DNA from: Candidatus Borrarchaeum weybense
GTDB taxonomy: Archaea; Asgardarchaeota; Sifarchaeia; Borrarchaeales; Borrarchaeaceae
Assembly (NCBI GenBank): GCA_019057385.1
Contig: JAHQJS010000003.1
Coordinates: forward strand, 32,001-96,000
Direction of reading: 5' to 3'
Length of the DNA stretch: 64,000 bases
Positions 52,029 to 61,173 of the stretch are shown in pieces. Under the pieces are notes generated by a model. That model saw only the letters and a list, made by a program, of their open reading frames with translations. It searched no databases and was not told where the DNA came from. Position 1 is the stretch's first letter; each line of letters begins with the position of its first letter. The position numbers and the translations under genes are program-made.

Positions 52029-53039
52029 TTAACTGTTCATTAAATTTTTGTCAATAATTCTATCTATCGTCTCATTAACTCCATCCCCAGTGAGTGCGTT
52101 TGTTTCAAAGCATTCGTCATTAATTAGTTCCAGGAGTTCGTCACTCCTGCTTTTGTCTACTAAATCTATCTTGTTCACGACAAGATAAAGTTCCCCAAAA
52201 AGTTCTTTAAGATCCTCATATAAAGAAATTTGCTCCTTCAATGGATATCCACAAGTTTCTGAGGGATCTACAATATACAGAATAACATGAGCCAAGTATT
52301 TTAATGCAGTAATTGCCTGTAATTCTATTGGATTCCTTTTATCGAGTGGACGATCAAGAAGACCAGGGGTATCCACAAGTTGATATATTGAAAGACCTCT
52401 TTGTATATGGCCTATCGTTACAGCTCGCGTGGTGAAGGGATATTCAGCTATTTCTGGTTTTGCCGTAGATGCATGTGCCACAAAACTACTTTTCCCAACA
52501 TTCGGGTATCCCGCAATAACTATCGTAAGTTTTTTAGGATCAACCGATGGCAATTTCCGTAATTTTGGTCTAGCTTCTTGAATTATGTTTAAATTGTTCT
52601 TAATTCTATTAATTATTGAACTTATACGCCCGTATGCCGCTCGACTTAACTTAATAACCTCAGTTAATTCTTTTGCTCTCTTGATTTTGTAGATATAGTT
52701 TTGAATTAGTTTCTTAACCACTCTACGTGTACCATAAATTGAGCCAAGCGCATTTTTGAGTTGATCTCTGCCAACCAGTATATCAGCTAATTCAGAATAA
52801 AATGGATGTACATCATCTATCGAAGGAATCTGTTTTACTATGCGTTTGAGTCGTGAATCTAGAAATCCCTCTATAACTCTTAATTTCTTACTTTCCTTTC
52901 GTTTCGTCCTTATGATGCGTGGCACTTTTCTGGGAATCTTAACTTCAGTACGAGACGCTTTTCGAAATGCTTGATCCAAGAGTTCCTTTGCAGTAGGGAC
53001 GTAGTTAATCTTGGTAAATGGATTTCCGTTATTAGAAAT
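52029..53039 (-). CDS. NOG1-family GTPase (probable ATT start)
   Basis: GYPNVGKSS, YPFTT, DTPGLLDR, NKID; conserved NPF...VPTAKELLD precedes the first TTG. Confidence 0.9.
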   Translation of the reverse strand: MSNNGNPFTKINYVPTAKELLDQAFRKASRTEVKIPRKVPRIIRTKRKESKKLRVIEGFLDSRLKRIVKQIPSIDDVHPFYSELADILVGRDQLKNALGSIYGTRRVVKKLIQNYIYKIKRAKELTEVIKLSRAAYGRISSIINRIKNNLNIIQEARPKLRKLPSVDPKKLTIVIAGYPNVGKSSFVAHASTAKPEIAEYPFTTRAVTIGHIQRGLSIYQLVDTPGLLDRPLDKRNPIELQAITALKYLAHVILYIVDPSETCGYPLKEQISLYEDLKELFGELYLVVNKIDLVDKSRSDELLELINDECFETNALTGDGVNETIDRIIDKNLMNS

Positions 53040-53078
53040 TTATGACACCTTCTTTGCAGAGTATATAGTTCTAATCAA

Positions 53079-54551
53079 CTATTTTGCAGTAGAAGAAGAA
53101 TCTTCTGTTCTGAACATGCTTTTTAATTGGCTCATTTTTTCCATTGTGAGATTGAATAACTGTTCCGAAATTATAGATTCTTCTTTAGCATATTCAAGTT
53201 TTTCTAAATCGATGACACGTGTAAAATCTTCAGTTCGGATTAAATCGACTTCAAGATCAACGTATCTGATCCGATGAGGTTCTGGATAGAGTCCTGGATA
53301 GATCTCCACTGGAGTATTTATATTGAGATACTCTCCTTTGTAAATTCCATCTCGCGAGAAATATGTCGTTTTTACAAAAAATTCTCCTTCAATTATTTCC
53401 ATAACACCATAATCACCTTCTTCTTTGGGAAGATTAAGACCATCAAATTTTCCTCCAGCCTTAAACATTCGTTTTATGAGTAGTTTTCTTTCATTTGGAT
53501 CGCTTTTTATTACATACCCAGGCGATAGAAAAAGTGTCCTTCCATTAAACTTAACGTGGTCAATACAGACTTCAGAGCCTAATGAAGGAAATGTTTCAGA
53601 AAATACGAAATCTGCAGCCTCGTTAATAATAACATAATGTTCAGGCAATTTGGCAAGAATTCTTTCACCAAAATCAACTAATAATGATAAATCGTAACCC
53701 ATTGCTTTGAGTTGGTGATGGTTTCTAACTGTTGCAACAACTTCGCTTCGAATTTCATCAAGTTTTACTTTGGAAAGACTTGGAAATTCCAAAAAAGTTG
53801 TTGTATTCTCTTCATATACGGCTGCTGGCGCTTTGGTCTTTTCCGCTTTCTTAGATATCATCTGTGCTAATTTTTTTAAGTCCTCGATTTCGGCAATAAG
53901 CACTGTTACATCTTCTGAGGCTGCGGCTGTGCGCCATAAAACTCCCCATGAATCAGGTTTGATGGTTTTCCCCAAAAAGAATAACTCATCTCGTTTTTTC
54001 CCACGAATTTTATGACTTATCCGAACCACATTTTCGGGAATCAAGACAGCATATTTGCCAGCTATTGTTATGTTTGGCTGTACTTCAGATAATCCAGGTC
54101 TAACTTTTTCTACACGTACAAGAAGTTCGTCACCTTCATTGATTTCTTCATTAAAGTTAGTATTATCCAGATGAAGTATGCCGTCTGTTCTCCCTAAATT
54201 TAATATCGCGTAATCTCGCTCCAAATTTACTCTCGTGACAATTCCTTTATAGAAGCCATTTGGACTAACTTTTGTATAAAAAACCGTAAGATCAGGAAGA
54301 AGCGACCGTAAAATTTCAAGCAATTCTTCAATAGTCTCTTCTTTCCCATTGAGTTCTACGCCCTGTCTATTCCGTCTGTCAAAAATATCTATATCGAAAG
54401 GCACACGTAAATCCTCAATTGCTCCCTTGAAACGTTGCAAAATAACAGTTGAAGGATATGTTAGTTTAAATCCATGATCTATGAGGATTTTTGCTAATGC
54501 GGTCGAATATATTCCTCTGAGGCGAACTGTTGTTGCCTTTTTTTCCATCAT
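53079..54551 (-). CDS. FAU-1 (DUF402) RNA-binding protein/ribonuclease
   Basis: VRLRGIYSTAL, S1 domain, YLNINTPVEIYP, YVDLEVD. Confidence 0.85.
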   Translation of the reverse strand: MMEKKATTVRLRGIYSTALAKILIDHGFKLTYPSTVILQRFKGAIEDLRVPFDIDIFDRRNRQGVELNGKEETIEELLEILRSLLPDLTVFYTKVSPNGFYKGIVTRVNLERDYAILNLGRTDGILHLDNTNFNEEINEGDELLVRVEKVRPGLSEVQPNITIAGKYAVLIPENVVRISHKIRGKKRDELFFLGKTIKPDSWGVLWRTAAASEDVTVLIAEIEDLKKLAQMISKKAEKTKAPAAVYEENTTTFLEFPSLSKVKLDEIRSEVVATVRNHHQLKAMGYDLSLLVDFGERILAKLPEHYVIINEAADFVFSETFPSLGSEVCIDHVKFNGRTLFLSPGYVIKSDPNERKLLIKRMFKAGGKFDGLNLPKEEGDYGVMEIIEGEFFVKTTYFSRDGIYKGEYLNINTPVEIYPGLYPEPHRIRYVDLEVDLIRTEDFTRVIDLEKLEYAKEESIISEQLFNLTMEKMSQLKSMFRTEDSSSTAK

Positions 54552-54619
54552 CTCTTCCTCATTATTTATCTAGTCTAAAATGCTATAAAAAGTCAATCCG
54601 CTATCCCATGAGTAAAGAG

Positions 54620-54796
54620 TGGTGCGGGGGATGGGATTTTCGTTCTGGCGGTTTATCGCCAAGGAATTCGAACCCACGCAGGCGATCGCGAAACCTAAGG
54701 CATCTAATGCTTCTCTACGCCACAGGATCCTGAGTCCTGCTCCTTTGGCCAAGTTCCCGTTACTCTCCATCGAGAGGAGACCTCGGACACCCCCGC
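54620..54796 (-). tRNA. tRNA-Leu(CAG) with encoded CCA and three introns (~54781-54754 D-loop, ~54714-54684 variable arm, ~54666-54637 T-loop)
   Basis: Removing the inserts gives GCGGGGGTGTCCGAGCTTGGCCAAAGGAGCAGGACTCAGGATCCTGTGGCGTAGGCCTGCGTGGGTTCGAATCCCATCCCCCGCACCA, a typical archaeal tRNA-Leu. Confidence 0.88.
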
Positions 54797-54945
54797 ATTG
54801 AAATTCATCACGATCTGATCGCTTCTTTAAAGACATCTATTTAAAAATATAGGGAAACAGATCTACAAATATCATATGCATCTTAAAACCGTATTAGAGA
54901 TACCTGGTGCCATTTTTTAATTTGTATAGAGGCTATCGAATCTTA

Positions 54946-55470
54946 TTATGATTTCGGGACCTTTAAATCGCTCAGAGACCATTTCTCTTTACGAACATTA
55001 AGTACAATTGAGGTATTTGTACGCTCTATGTCGTGTATAGAAAGAACTTCCTTAATAAACTTATCAAGATCATTTCGAGAACTAAAGCGCGAAATTACTG
55101 CTATGTCATACTCCCCTGTAATATCATATACCGCCATTACTGGATCATGCTGCGCTATCTTTTCCTCCACCTCAACGAGTTTTCCTCCACTAACCCTTAC
55201 AAGGGTTAGCGCAGTAAATTCATAGCCCAATTTCTCATAATCTAAGACAACAGAGTATCCTTTTATGACCCCTTCCTTTTCAAGATTTTTCACACGATTA
55301 TGTACTGTTCCAGCAGCTTTCTTGCGTCCAGTTTTTTCAAGTTCCTCGGCAATTGAACGGTAACTAAGACGTGCATCCTCTTGAAGAAGTTTTATGATAT
55401 CTAAATCTGTCTCATCGATGGTAAATTCACGTTTTTCTTGTTCTTCTTCTTCTTCTTCTTCTTGTGGCAT
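54946..55470 (-). CDS. Lrp/AsnC family regulator
   Basis: IDETDLDIIKLLQEDARLSY, LEKEGVIKGY, ITGEYD. Confidence 0.92.
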   Translation of the reverse strand: MPQEEEEEEEQEKREFTIDETDLDIIKLLQEDARLSYRSIAEELEKTGRKKAAGTVHNRVKNLEKEGVIKGYSVVLDYEKLGYEFTALTLVRVSGGKLVEVEEKIAQHDPVMAVYDITGEYDIAVISRFSSRNDLDKFIKEVLSIHDIERTNTSIVLNVRKEKWSLSDLKVPKS

Positions 55471-55505
55471 TTTTGCACACAGCCTAATTATGTTGCTGTT
55501 TTTGC

Positions 55506-57170
55506 TCACCTTTCAAGATGAGACACACTAACTTGTACGATTTCTTTAAGTAGTTGGTGTAATTTCTTTGTGAGTGTACCTGCATATAATTCTTCTGGGA
55601 TGATAAATAAAAGATATCCTAATTGTTGACATAAAGAAGTCATTTTTTGAGTTATAAAGGAGTTCCACTGAGAGGCATTATTGAAGAGAATGATGATTCT
55701 GTAGTTTGATTTATGAATATTGAGATATTCTTCAAAACTTTCCCAAGCAAACTTAAGGCTTGCTCGATCAATGATTCTTGAAGTTTCATACTGAGAAAGA
55801 GGATATATATTTTCAACTTCACTAGGAACGCATCCAAAAGGAATAACAAAAGTCACCAAATGTAAATAAGGAAAATATTCACTAAAAACTTCTTTTAAAC
55901 TCTCAATTAATCGGATATGTCCAGGAGATGATCGAAATGGTTTTATGTTCGTCTCAGGGAGAATAGTTAGAATTGGAGCGTCTGATGGTGGATGATAGTA
56001 CGTTGTTACATGCTCTTGATGCCTAACTAGATTAGGTCTGGATAATCCTTCTTTTCCATAAAAAAACAAGGCCCTTCTCTTTGAGATAGGATCAAACTTT
56101 TCTAGCCAATCACGGTATTTTTTTAGATGAGAAAAGGCTTGTAAAAACCTGGGATGCATGCGTGCCCTTGCTTCCAGGAGTTCCCAGAGTCGTCCGTCTA
56201 AAATTGCTTGACGTATTGTACGAATTTCTTGGAGAGAAATATACAAATTGTGACTTGCCAAAAGTTCATATCTCAGTTCTGCATTAGTTGCTTTTAACTC
56301 TGAAGGTGTATATTTGATACAAACAGGACATGAACACGGAAATACCTCTAATGAATCCAATAGATAAGTACCACTTGGAGTCATGTAACGGTTTTCTTTT
56401 GCAAACAATGCATAAGCAGCTGAATCAAAAGTATCGCAACCTAAAGCAATAAGCAATGAGAAAAAAAGAGGATGTCCAGCACCAAATAAGTGAAATGGTC
56501 GTTGAATTGGTAAATTCATCTTTGCAGTAGCAATACCTTCAACTAACTTTGTGAAATTATATTGCTCCATAAACGGAGTAACGCTTCCAAGAGCATACAT
56601 ATCAAAAGAGAGATCATACATTGTTTTTGCACAATGCTCAATAAGTTCTGAGTAAGCACCACCTTGAATAGGTCCCACCCAAAGAATATCTTCAACATTT
56701 CTAAGATTCAGACTCTCCTTCGCTCTCTGTAACGTCTGTGCGACATTATATTTAGCTTGTTCATAGGTAAGATCAGGACCGATAGGGAGGTCTAATATAA
56801 CTGCAATGTCAGAATGAATTTTTTCTTGAAAATCAATTACCTCTTCAGGGGTTATTGATACACCACCGTAATGTAGGATCTGAAATGCGCCTGAATCAGT
56901 CATTATAGGACCATTAAAATGGAAAAAAGAGTGAAGATCCGATAGATTCTCACTGCTTCTTGCAATATATTGTTTCAGTAGGTACGCACTTGTAATAATT
57001 ATTTCACAATTAAATTCAGTTTCGAGTATTTTAGGAGAAATCGGCTTTTTTGTCGGAATTAAAACAGGAATTAAAGCAGGAGTATTGACAACGCCATGGC
57101 GGGTGTAAAGCTTGCCAATACGACCTCCAACATCATGTTCTATAACTTCAAAACTCAAAGAAACTTTCAC
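55506..57170 (-). CDS. tgtA: Archaeosine tRNA-guanine transglycosylase
   Basis: GRIGKL, MTDSGAFQ, HLFGAGHP, DTFDSAAY, CSCPVC, HNL. Confidence 0.92.
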   Translation of the reverse strand: MKVSLSFEVIEHDVGGRIGKLYTRHGVVNTPALIPVLIPTKKPISPKILETEFNCEIIITSAYLLKQYIARSSENLSDLHSFFHFNGPIMTDSGAFQILHYGGVSITPEEVIDFQEKIHSDIAVILDLPIGPDLTYEQAKYNVAQTLQRAKESLNLRNVEDILWVGPIQGGAYSELIEHCAKTMYDLSFDMYALGSVTPFMEQYNFTKLVEGIATAKMNLPIQRPFHLFGAGHPLFFSLLIALGCDTFDSAAYALFAKENRYMTPSGTYLLDSLEVFPCSCPVCIKYTPSELKATNAELRYELLASHNLYISLQEIRTIRQAILDGRLWELLEARARMHPRFLQAFSHLKKYRDWLEKFDPISKRRALFFYGKEGLSRPNLVRHQEHVTTYYHPPSDAPILTILPETNIKPFRSSPGHIRLIESLKEVFSEYFPYLHLVTFVIPFGCVPSEVENIYPLSQYETSRIIDRASLKFAWESFEEYLNIHKSNYRIIILFNNASQWNSFITQKMTSLCQQLGYLLFIIPEELYAGTLTKKLHQLLKEIVQVSVSHLER

Positions 57171-57204
57171 ATCGTTTCTTGGTTACTAAGAACTTCATAA
57201 CTGA

Positions 57205-57645
57205 TCAAGATGTTTTTCCGCTGGCTTTTTCTTCCATATATTTATCATAAACCGCGCTAATCCTCTCAGCAAGAGGGCCTTCGCCTTCAACTCCAGCTTC
57301 GGTTACAGTTATTTTGTTGTCTAAAACCGAAATTACTCCTGCTGATTCGTGTAGTTTAACCTGACCAGGTTGTGGAAAAAGTTTCGAGATTTCATCTGCT
57401 AATCCTTTCATATCAAAAGGTTTTTCTACTTCGAAAATGGCGGCGATTTCGTGACCTAGAATAAAAGCACGATGATATTTAATTCCTTCAGAATCATTTG
57501 TATTGATCAGACAAAATGAAAGCGTATTCTGATCAAAACCCTGAAGTTCACCTTCAAAAACTTGCTTTGCGACCGTTACGACTCGCACTTTCTTGTTCAT
57601 AAGGTTCTGAAGTTCGATGAAGAATTTTCGTGTGCTACTTGACAT
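57205..57645 (-). CDS. Sm-like (Lsm) protein with C-terminal extension
   Basis: Sm1 KKVRVVT...FEGELQGFD; archaeal C-terminal domain GVEGEGPLAERI. Confidence 0.8.
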   Translation of the reverse strand: MSSSTRKFFIELQNLMNKKVRVVTVAKQVFEGELQGFDQNTLSFCLINTNDSEGIKYHRAFILGHEIAAIFEVEKPFDMKGLADEISKLFPQPGQVKLHESAGVISVLDNKITVTEAGVEGEGPLAERISAVYDKYMEEKASGKTS

Positions 57646-57761
57646 TATACGTTCCTCCCATCTAAAACCCATTAAGAACTAAGGATTTTTAAATTAATCC
57701 CATTAAATTTTTATGACAAAGAAAATTTTTGGATATATCTACGAATTGTAAATGAAAGATT

Positions 57762-58121
57762 GTGAGAAAAATGGTACAAACTATTTTCAGTGTGCAAAGA
57801 ATTGAACCTACTGACCTTGAGGATATTTTTAAGATAAGGTTAACATCCCAAGATGGGAAAATGGAGCTCTCATTTGAAATAATAGAAAATCTATTTGATT
57901 TTAAAGAAAATACTGAGTTGGATATTTATATTGATAAAATACCTCCTAAGAAAGCTGATGCAGCTAATATACTTATGCAAGGAGATGTTTTTAAGGTACA
58001 AAAAAAACAGGACGTAGTTCAGGTTTTTGGCTCACTTGGAGGACTGCAACTTCGTCTTATTCATCCTAAGAGTAAAGAACTATTTCAAGCAACAGACCCT
58101 CTTATTTTAGCAATTTTTTAA
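57762..58121 (+). CDS. rpo8: RNA polymerase subunit Rpo8/RPB8-like
   Basis: LMQGDVFKV...GSLGGLQLRL resembles the RPB8 GGLLM signature. Confidence 0.7.
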   Translation: MRKMVQTIFSVQRIEPTDLEDIFKIRLTSQDGKMELSFEIIENLFDFKENTELDIYIDKIPPKKADAANILMQGDVFKVQKKQDVVQVFGSLGGLQLRLIHPKSKELFQATDPLILAIF

Positions 58122-58134
58122 TGGAGCTGGAGAT

Positions 58135-58872
58135 ATGTTCAAAATAAAGAAAGCTATAACTAAGCGTGATTTTTTAGATAATATTCTCATAACAGGTTTT
58201 CATGGAATAGGAGAAGTCGGATATATAGCTTCAACTCAACTAATAGAGGCCTTCGAGGGTGAACGTATAGGCATAATTGATAGTGAAACGTTACCATCTT
58301 TTGTTGCAATGGACAAGAATAGATTATCCCTCCCCTTTGAAATATTTAAATTTGATAGGTTTGTGACTATTTTACCCAACTTTCAGCCCAATCCTCAAGA
58401 AATTCATGGATTCTGTAAGGGGATTGTTGAATGGGTAATCTCTAATGAATTTAAGGAAGCATTTCTAATTGGAGGACTTGATAATCGATTCCAAAAAAGT
58501 GACGAAAAACCGTACAGGTGTGTACTCACACAGAAATATGAAGAAAAGGCAAAGAAATTGGACTTACCGATGCTTGAGCGAGGATTGTACGTCACCGGTC
58601 CGCTCGCATTGCTTCTTGCTTACTTTGAGATGGAAGATTTTCCAGCATTAGCTGTACTTCCGTACGGAAAAAGAGATCGTCCAGATCCGCGGGCGGCTTC
58701 AATAGCAGTTGAAGAATTTAGTAAAATCTATAATGTTGAAATAGACATATCAGAATTGCTAAAGGACGCACAAAGAGTAGAAGAAGAACTAGAAGAAATG
58801 CTAAGGCAGCAAAAAGAGAAAATGATGGAAGAAGCTCAGAGTCCAATTGACCGAACCAACTATTACATTTAG
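58135..58872 (+). CDS. PAC2-family proteasome assembly chaperone
   Basis: ITGFHGIGEVGYIA, GPLALLL, PDPRAA, C-terminal YYI. Confidence 0.85.
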   Translation: MFKIKKAITKRDFLDNILITGFHGIGEVGYIASTQLIEAFEGERIGIIDSETLPSFVAMDKNRLSLPFEIFKFDRFVTILPNFQPNPQEIHGFCKGIVEWVISNEFKEAFLIGGLDNRFQKSDEKPYRCVLTQKYEEKAKKLDLPMLERGLYVTGPLALLLAYFEMEDFPALAVLPYGKRDRPDPRAASIAVEEFSKIYNVEIDISELLKDAQRVEEELEEMLRQQKEKMMEEAQSPIDRTNYYI

Positions 58873-58995
58873 TATGAATTAAATCTTATCGTTAGTTCTT
58901 TCATCAATATAAGATAACTTAGTTTGATTCTTACCGTTCCTTTCATAATAGACATCTATTACAGCGAATAGTGTCTATCCACCCACGATAAGAAC

Positions 58996-59266
58996 ATGAG
59001 TGGAGGGCCCGCTAGGACGGTTAAGCGGGATACCTACCGCCATATAGGGTGCAGGCCTTGCGTGAACGAAACGATGATTTATTATCAGCGTTCCCGCAGA
59101 ATCGACGGCGTACGGGAGTGCTGGGCTGAAGTCCGTGAAGTGGTCCCGGGGCGAATGCTTAAACCTCCGGGTGCCTCATCTTACCATCAATTCTCACTTA
59201 TATACTGGAGGACCTGCTTTATAAACACCACGCCTCACGCGTTCACTGTGGAACCCCTTGCCCGCG
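58996..59266. ncRNA. Unidentified GC-rich structured intergenic RNA candidate
   Basis: GC-rich stretch in AT-rich DNA with several hairpins. Confidence 0.35.
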
Positions 59267-59304
59267 AAAGAATCGTCTATATTTGTCTATAAAATAAATA
59301 ACTG

Positions 59305-59595
59305 TTAATCACCCTCTTGTAACTTTTGTTTGATCACAAAAACTCGTATTTTTTCCTCTGCAATTATAAGTGTATCATTGATGGATTTAATTACAGAATG
59401 AGGAATTAAAATTGTTCCTTTCTCATCGCGCGGAAATTTTTCAATATCTGGATGTTTAGTAGGCTTCACACACACCGCTAATAGGTGGCCATCTCGCGAA
59501 TTAATTATGAAATCAACTACCTTTCCCATAGCAGAACCTTTTTCATCAGTTACAGAAATACCAACTAAGTCCCGGATATCGATGATTTCCGACAT
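59305..59595 (-). CDS. PRC-barrel domain protein
   Basis: DLVGISVTDEKGSAMGKVVDF...ILIPHSVIKSINDTLII. Confidence 0.85.
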   Translation of the reverse strand: MSEIIDIRDLVGISVTDEKGSAMGKVVDFIINSRDGHLLAVCVKPTKHPDIEKFPRDEKGTILIPHSVIKSINDTLIIAEEKIRVFVIKQKLQEGD

Positions 59596-59846
59596 TTTTC
59601 ATCCCATCAGACCTTGCATGAGTCGGTCTATGTTAAATCAATATTTTTTGCTATTAATATCATCTGCTTCGAGTTATAAATTAGTCAAGTCATATTGACA
59701 GAACCTTTTCAAAAAGCAAAAATGAGAGTAGAATTGGAAAATTCAAAATTCGATTCAATAAATCTCGAATGAAAAGTGAAAACTAAAGAACGCTGTGCAA
59801 TTATCTTCGTTTAAATCATACAAAAGTCTATCATAATGCAGGAAAT

Positions 59847-60028
59847 AGGAGGGAATAATCCCTCCTTATCTAATATTTACAGGAATGCCGATTAAGTCGC
59901 GGATATTTTTTTGACATTTTTCGTCCCCTGCGAGTCATTCATTCCCAACAAGTGAGGCGTCGGACCTCTAATTTGGTTCAGTCTCATGCACAAGAACGTG
60001 TCCCCCGTGATATACGAAGAACATTCCG
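59847..60028 (-). ncRNA. Putative guide RNA 3: scaffold 60028-59913, guide ~59912-59875, hairpin 59866-59847
   Basis: Scaffold copy; 59906-59877 matches PRC-barrel gene 59579-59550 (25/30); perfect AGGAGGGA/TCCCTCCT stem. Confidence 0.7.
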
Positions 60029-60061
60029 CCTTGTAACTCATTAAACCTCTTGAAAAGAGTC

Positions 60062-60069
60062 TATATAAA
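60062..60069 (-). promoter_or_regulatory. TATA box for guide RNA 3
   Basis: TTTATATA ~34 nt upstream of the scaffold, just after the cas5-HD stop. Confidence 0.5.
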
Positions 60070-60091
60070 CACCGCGATTCAAAACAAAGAT

Positions 60092-60919
60092 TCATTCTTG
60101 CCATGTATACAAACCACTCTTCAAGTCATCAAGATAGAGATTTACCATAAGGAGTAGGTGATTTTTTAAAGATGAAAAGCCAAATTTTAGCGCTTCGCTG
60201 ATCTTATCAAACGCTTGACATTTTCGAATATAAGTATAAAGAGCATAAGGGGAATATTGACGCCTTTCTATCTCTATTTTTAATACATCGAAATCAATTT
60301 TTTCTAATTCTGTCACACGATAACGAGAGGACGCTGACCATCTAAATTTTCGAGAAATCATTGCAGATAGTCGGTCATAATGTTGTAATAAATAAAGCCA
60401 AAGAAAATCTTTTTCATCTATATCATAATTGTGATGATTCTTTGCAAGTTTGAAGACATCTTCGTCAGCTATATCAACATCAGTATAAATTTTACTTGGA
60501 TGTCGATCAGTGCCTACAAAATCATGCAGGAGCATTGCTATAATTAACTTTTCCTGCATATCTGAGAGTTTAGGAAGTTTCTTACGAATCTTAATTCTTC
60601 TTGTAGTATAGAGAGGCTTTTTCTTGAGTTTTTTGAGAGAAGTCCAAAAGATTCGTCCCATCCCCTCACATGTATAACTTCCAACACTATCAATAGCAAG
60701 TGCTTCTTCAAGTTTATGTTCTGAAACGATAAACTCAATATTACCAAACCACGCCCTAAAGGTCATTGGCGCACGTCTTTGTCCTACCGTTAATTTTCCG
60801 AATACCCTGGGACGACCTTTTATGGTCATCGCTCCAACGTCGGTAACTCCAAAATGTCTACGCTTTGAAACAATAGGAGTTTTTGTATAACCAATTAATT
60901 TAAAGTATTTCTGTGGCAT
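60092..60919 (-). CDS. Cas5-like RAMP fused to permuted HD nuclease domain
   Basis: N-terminal YFKLIGYTKTP and G-loop GSYTCEGMGRI; LLHD...NHH...YDRLSA...SLKNH. Confidence 0.7.
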   Translation of the reverse strand: MPQKYFKLIGYTKTPIVSKRRHFGVTDVGAMTIKGRPRVFGKLTVGQRRAPMTFRAWFGNIEFIVSEHKLEEALAIDSVGSYTCEGMGRIFWTSLKKLKKKPLYTTRRIKIRKKLPKLSDMQEKLIIAMLLHDFVGTDRHPSKIYTDVDIADEDVFKLAKNHHNYDIDEKDFLWLYLLQHYDRLSAMISRKFRWSASSRYRVTELEKIDFDVLKIEIERRQYSPYALYTYIRKCQAFDKISEALKFGFSSLKNHLLLMVNLYLDDLKSGLYTWQE

Positions 60920-60944
60920 TTTATTCCCTCTTATAAGATTTTAC

Positions 60945-61139
60945 CTCCTCTTTGAACAAAAGAGAGGAGATATAAACCTTGCCAAAGTAAACACGTTTGC
61001 AACTGTTGTTTGTAAAGTGGGTATGACATTTTTCGTTCCTTGCGAGTCATCCGTCCCCAACAATTGAGGCGTCGGACCTCTAAGCTGGTTCAGTCTCATG
61101 CACAAGAACGTATCACTCACATCAGTAAGTGATAAACCG
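60945..61139 (-). ncRNA. Putative guide RNA 2: scaffold 61139-61025, guide ~61024-60970, hairpin 60969-60945
   Basis: Scaffold copy; 61021-60970 aligns to cas7 promoter 62071-62019 (7 mismatches, 1 gap). Confidence 0.72.
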
Positions 61140-61173
61140 TAATGAGATGAGAAAAAAAGTTGAAATAAATGTG

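Noticed and set aside
54530-54836. Small ORFs over the tRNA region
   Set aside because: Explained by the GC-rich intron-containing tRNA.
59100-59190. tRNA-Sec-like fragments (TGGTAAGATGAGG, GGACTTCAG) on the minus strand
   Set aside because: Could not build D, anticodon, T or acceptor stems even allowing introns.
59913-60028. Scaffold as hammerhead ribozyme or SECIS
   Set aside because: No correctly placed CUGANGA, and GAAA is GAUA in copy 1; adjacent genes have no in-frame TGA.
59847-61139. Classical CRISPR array beside the cas genes
   Set aside because: No tandem 25-40-nt repeats with regular spacing; only dispersed ~115-nt scaffold copies.
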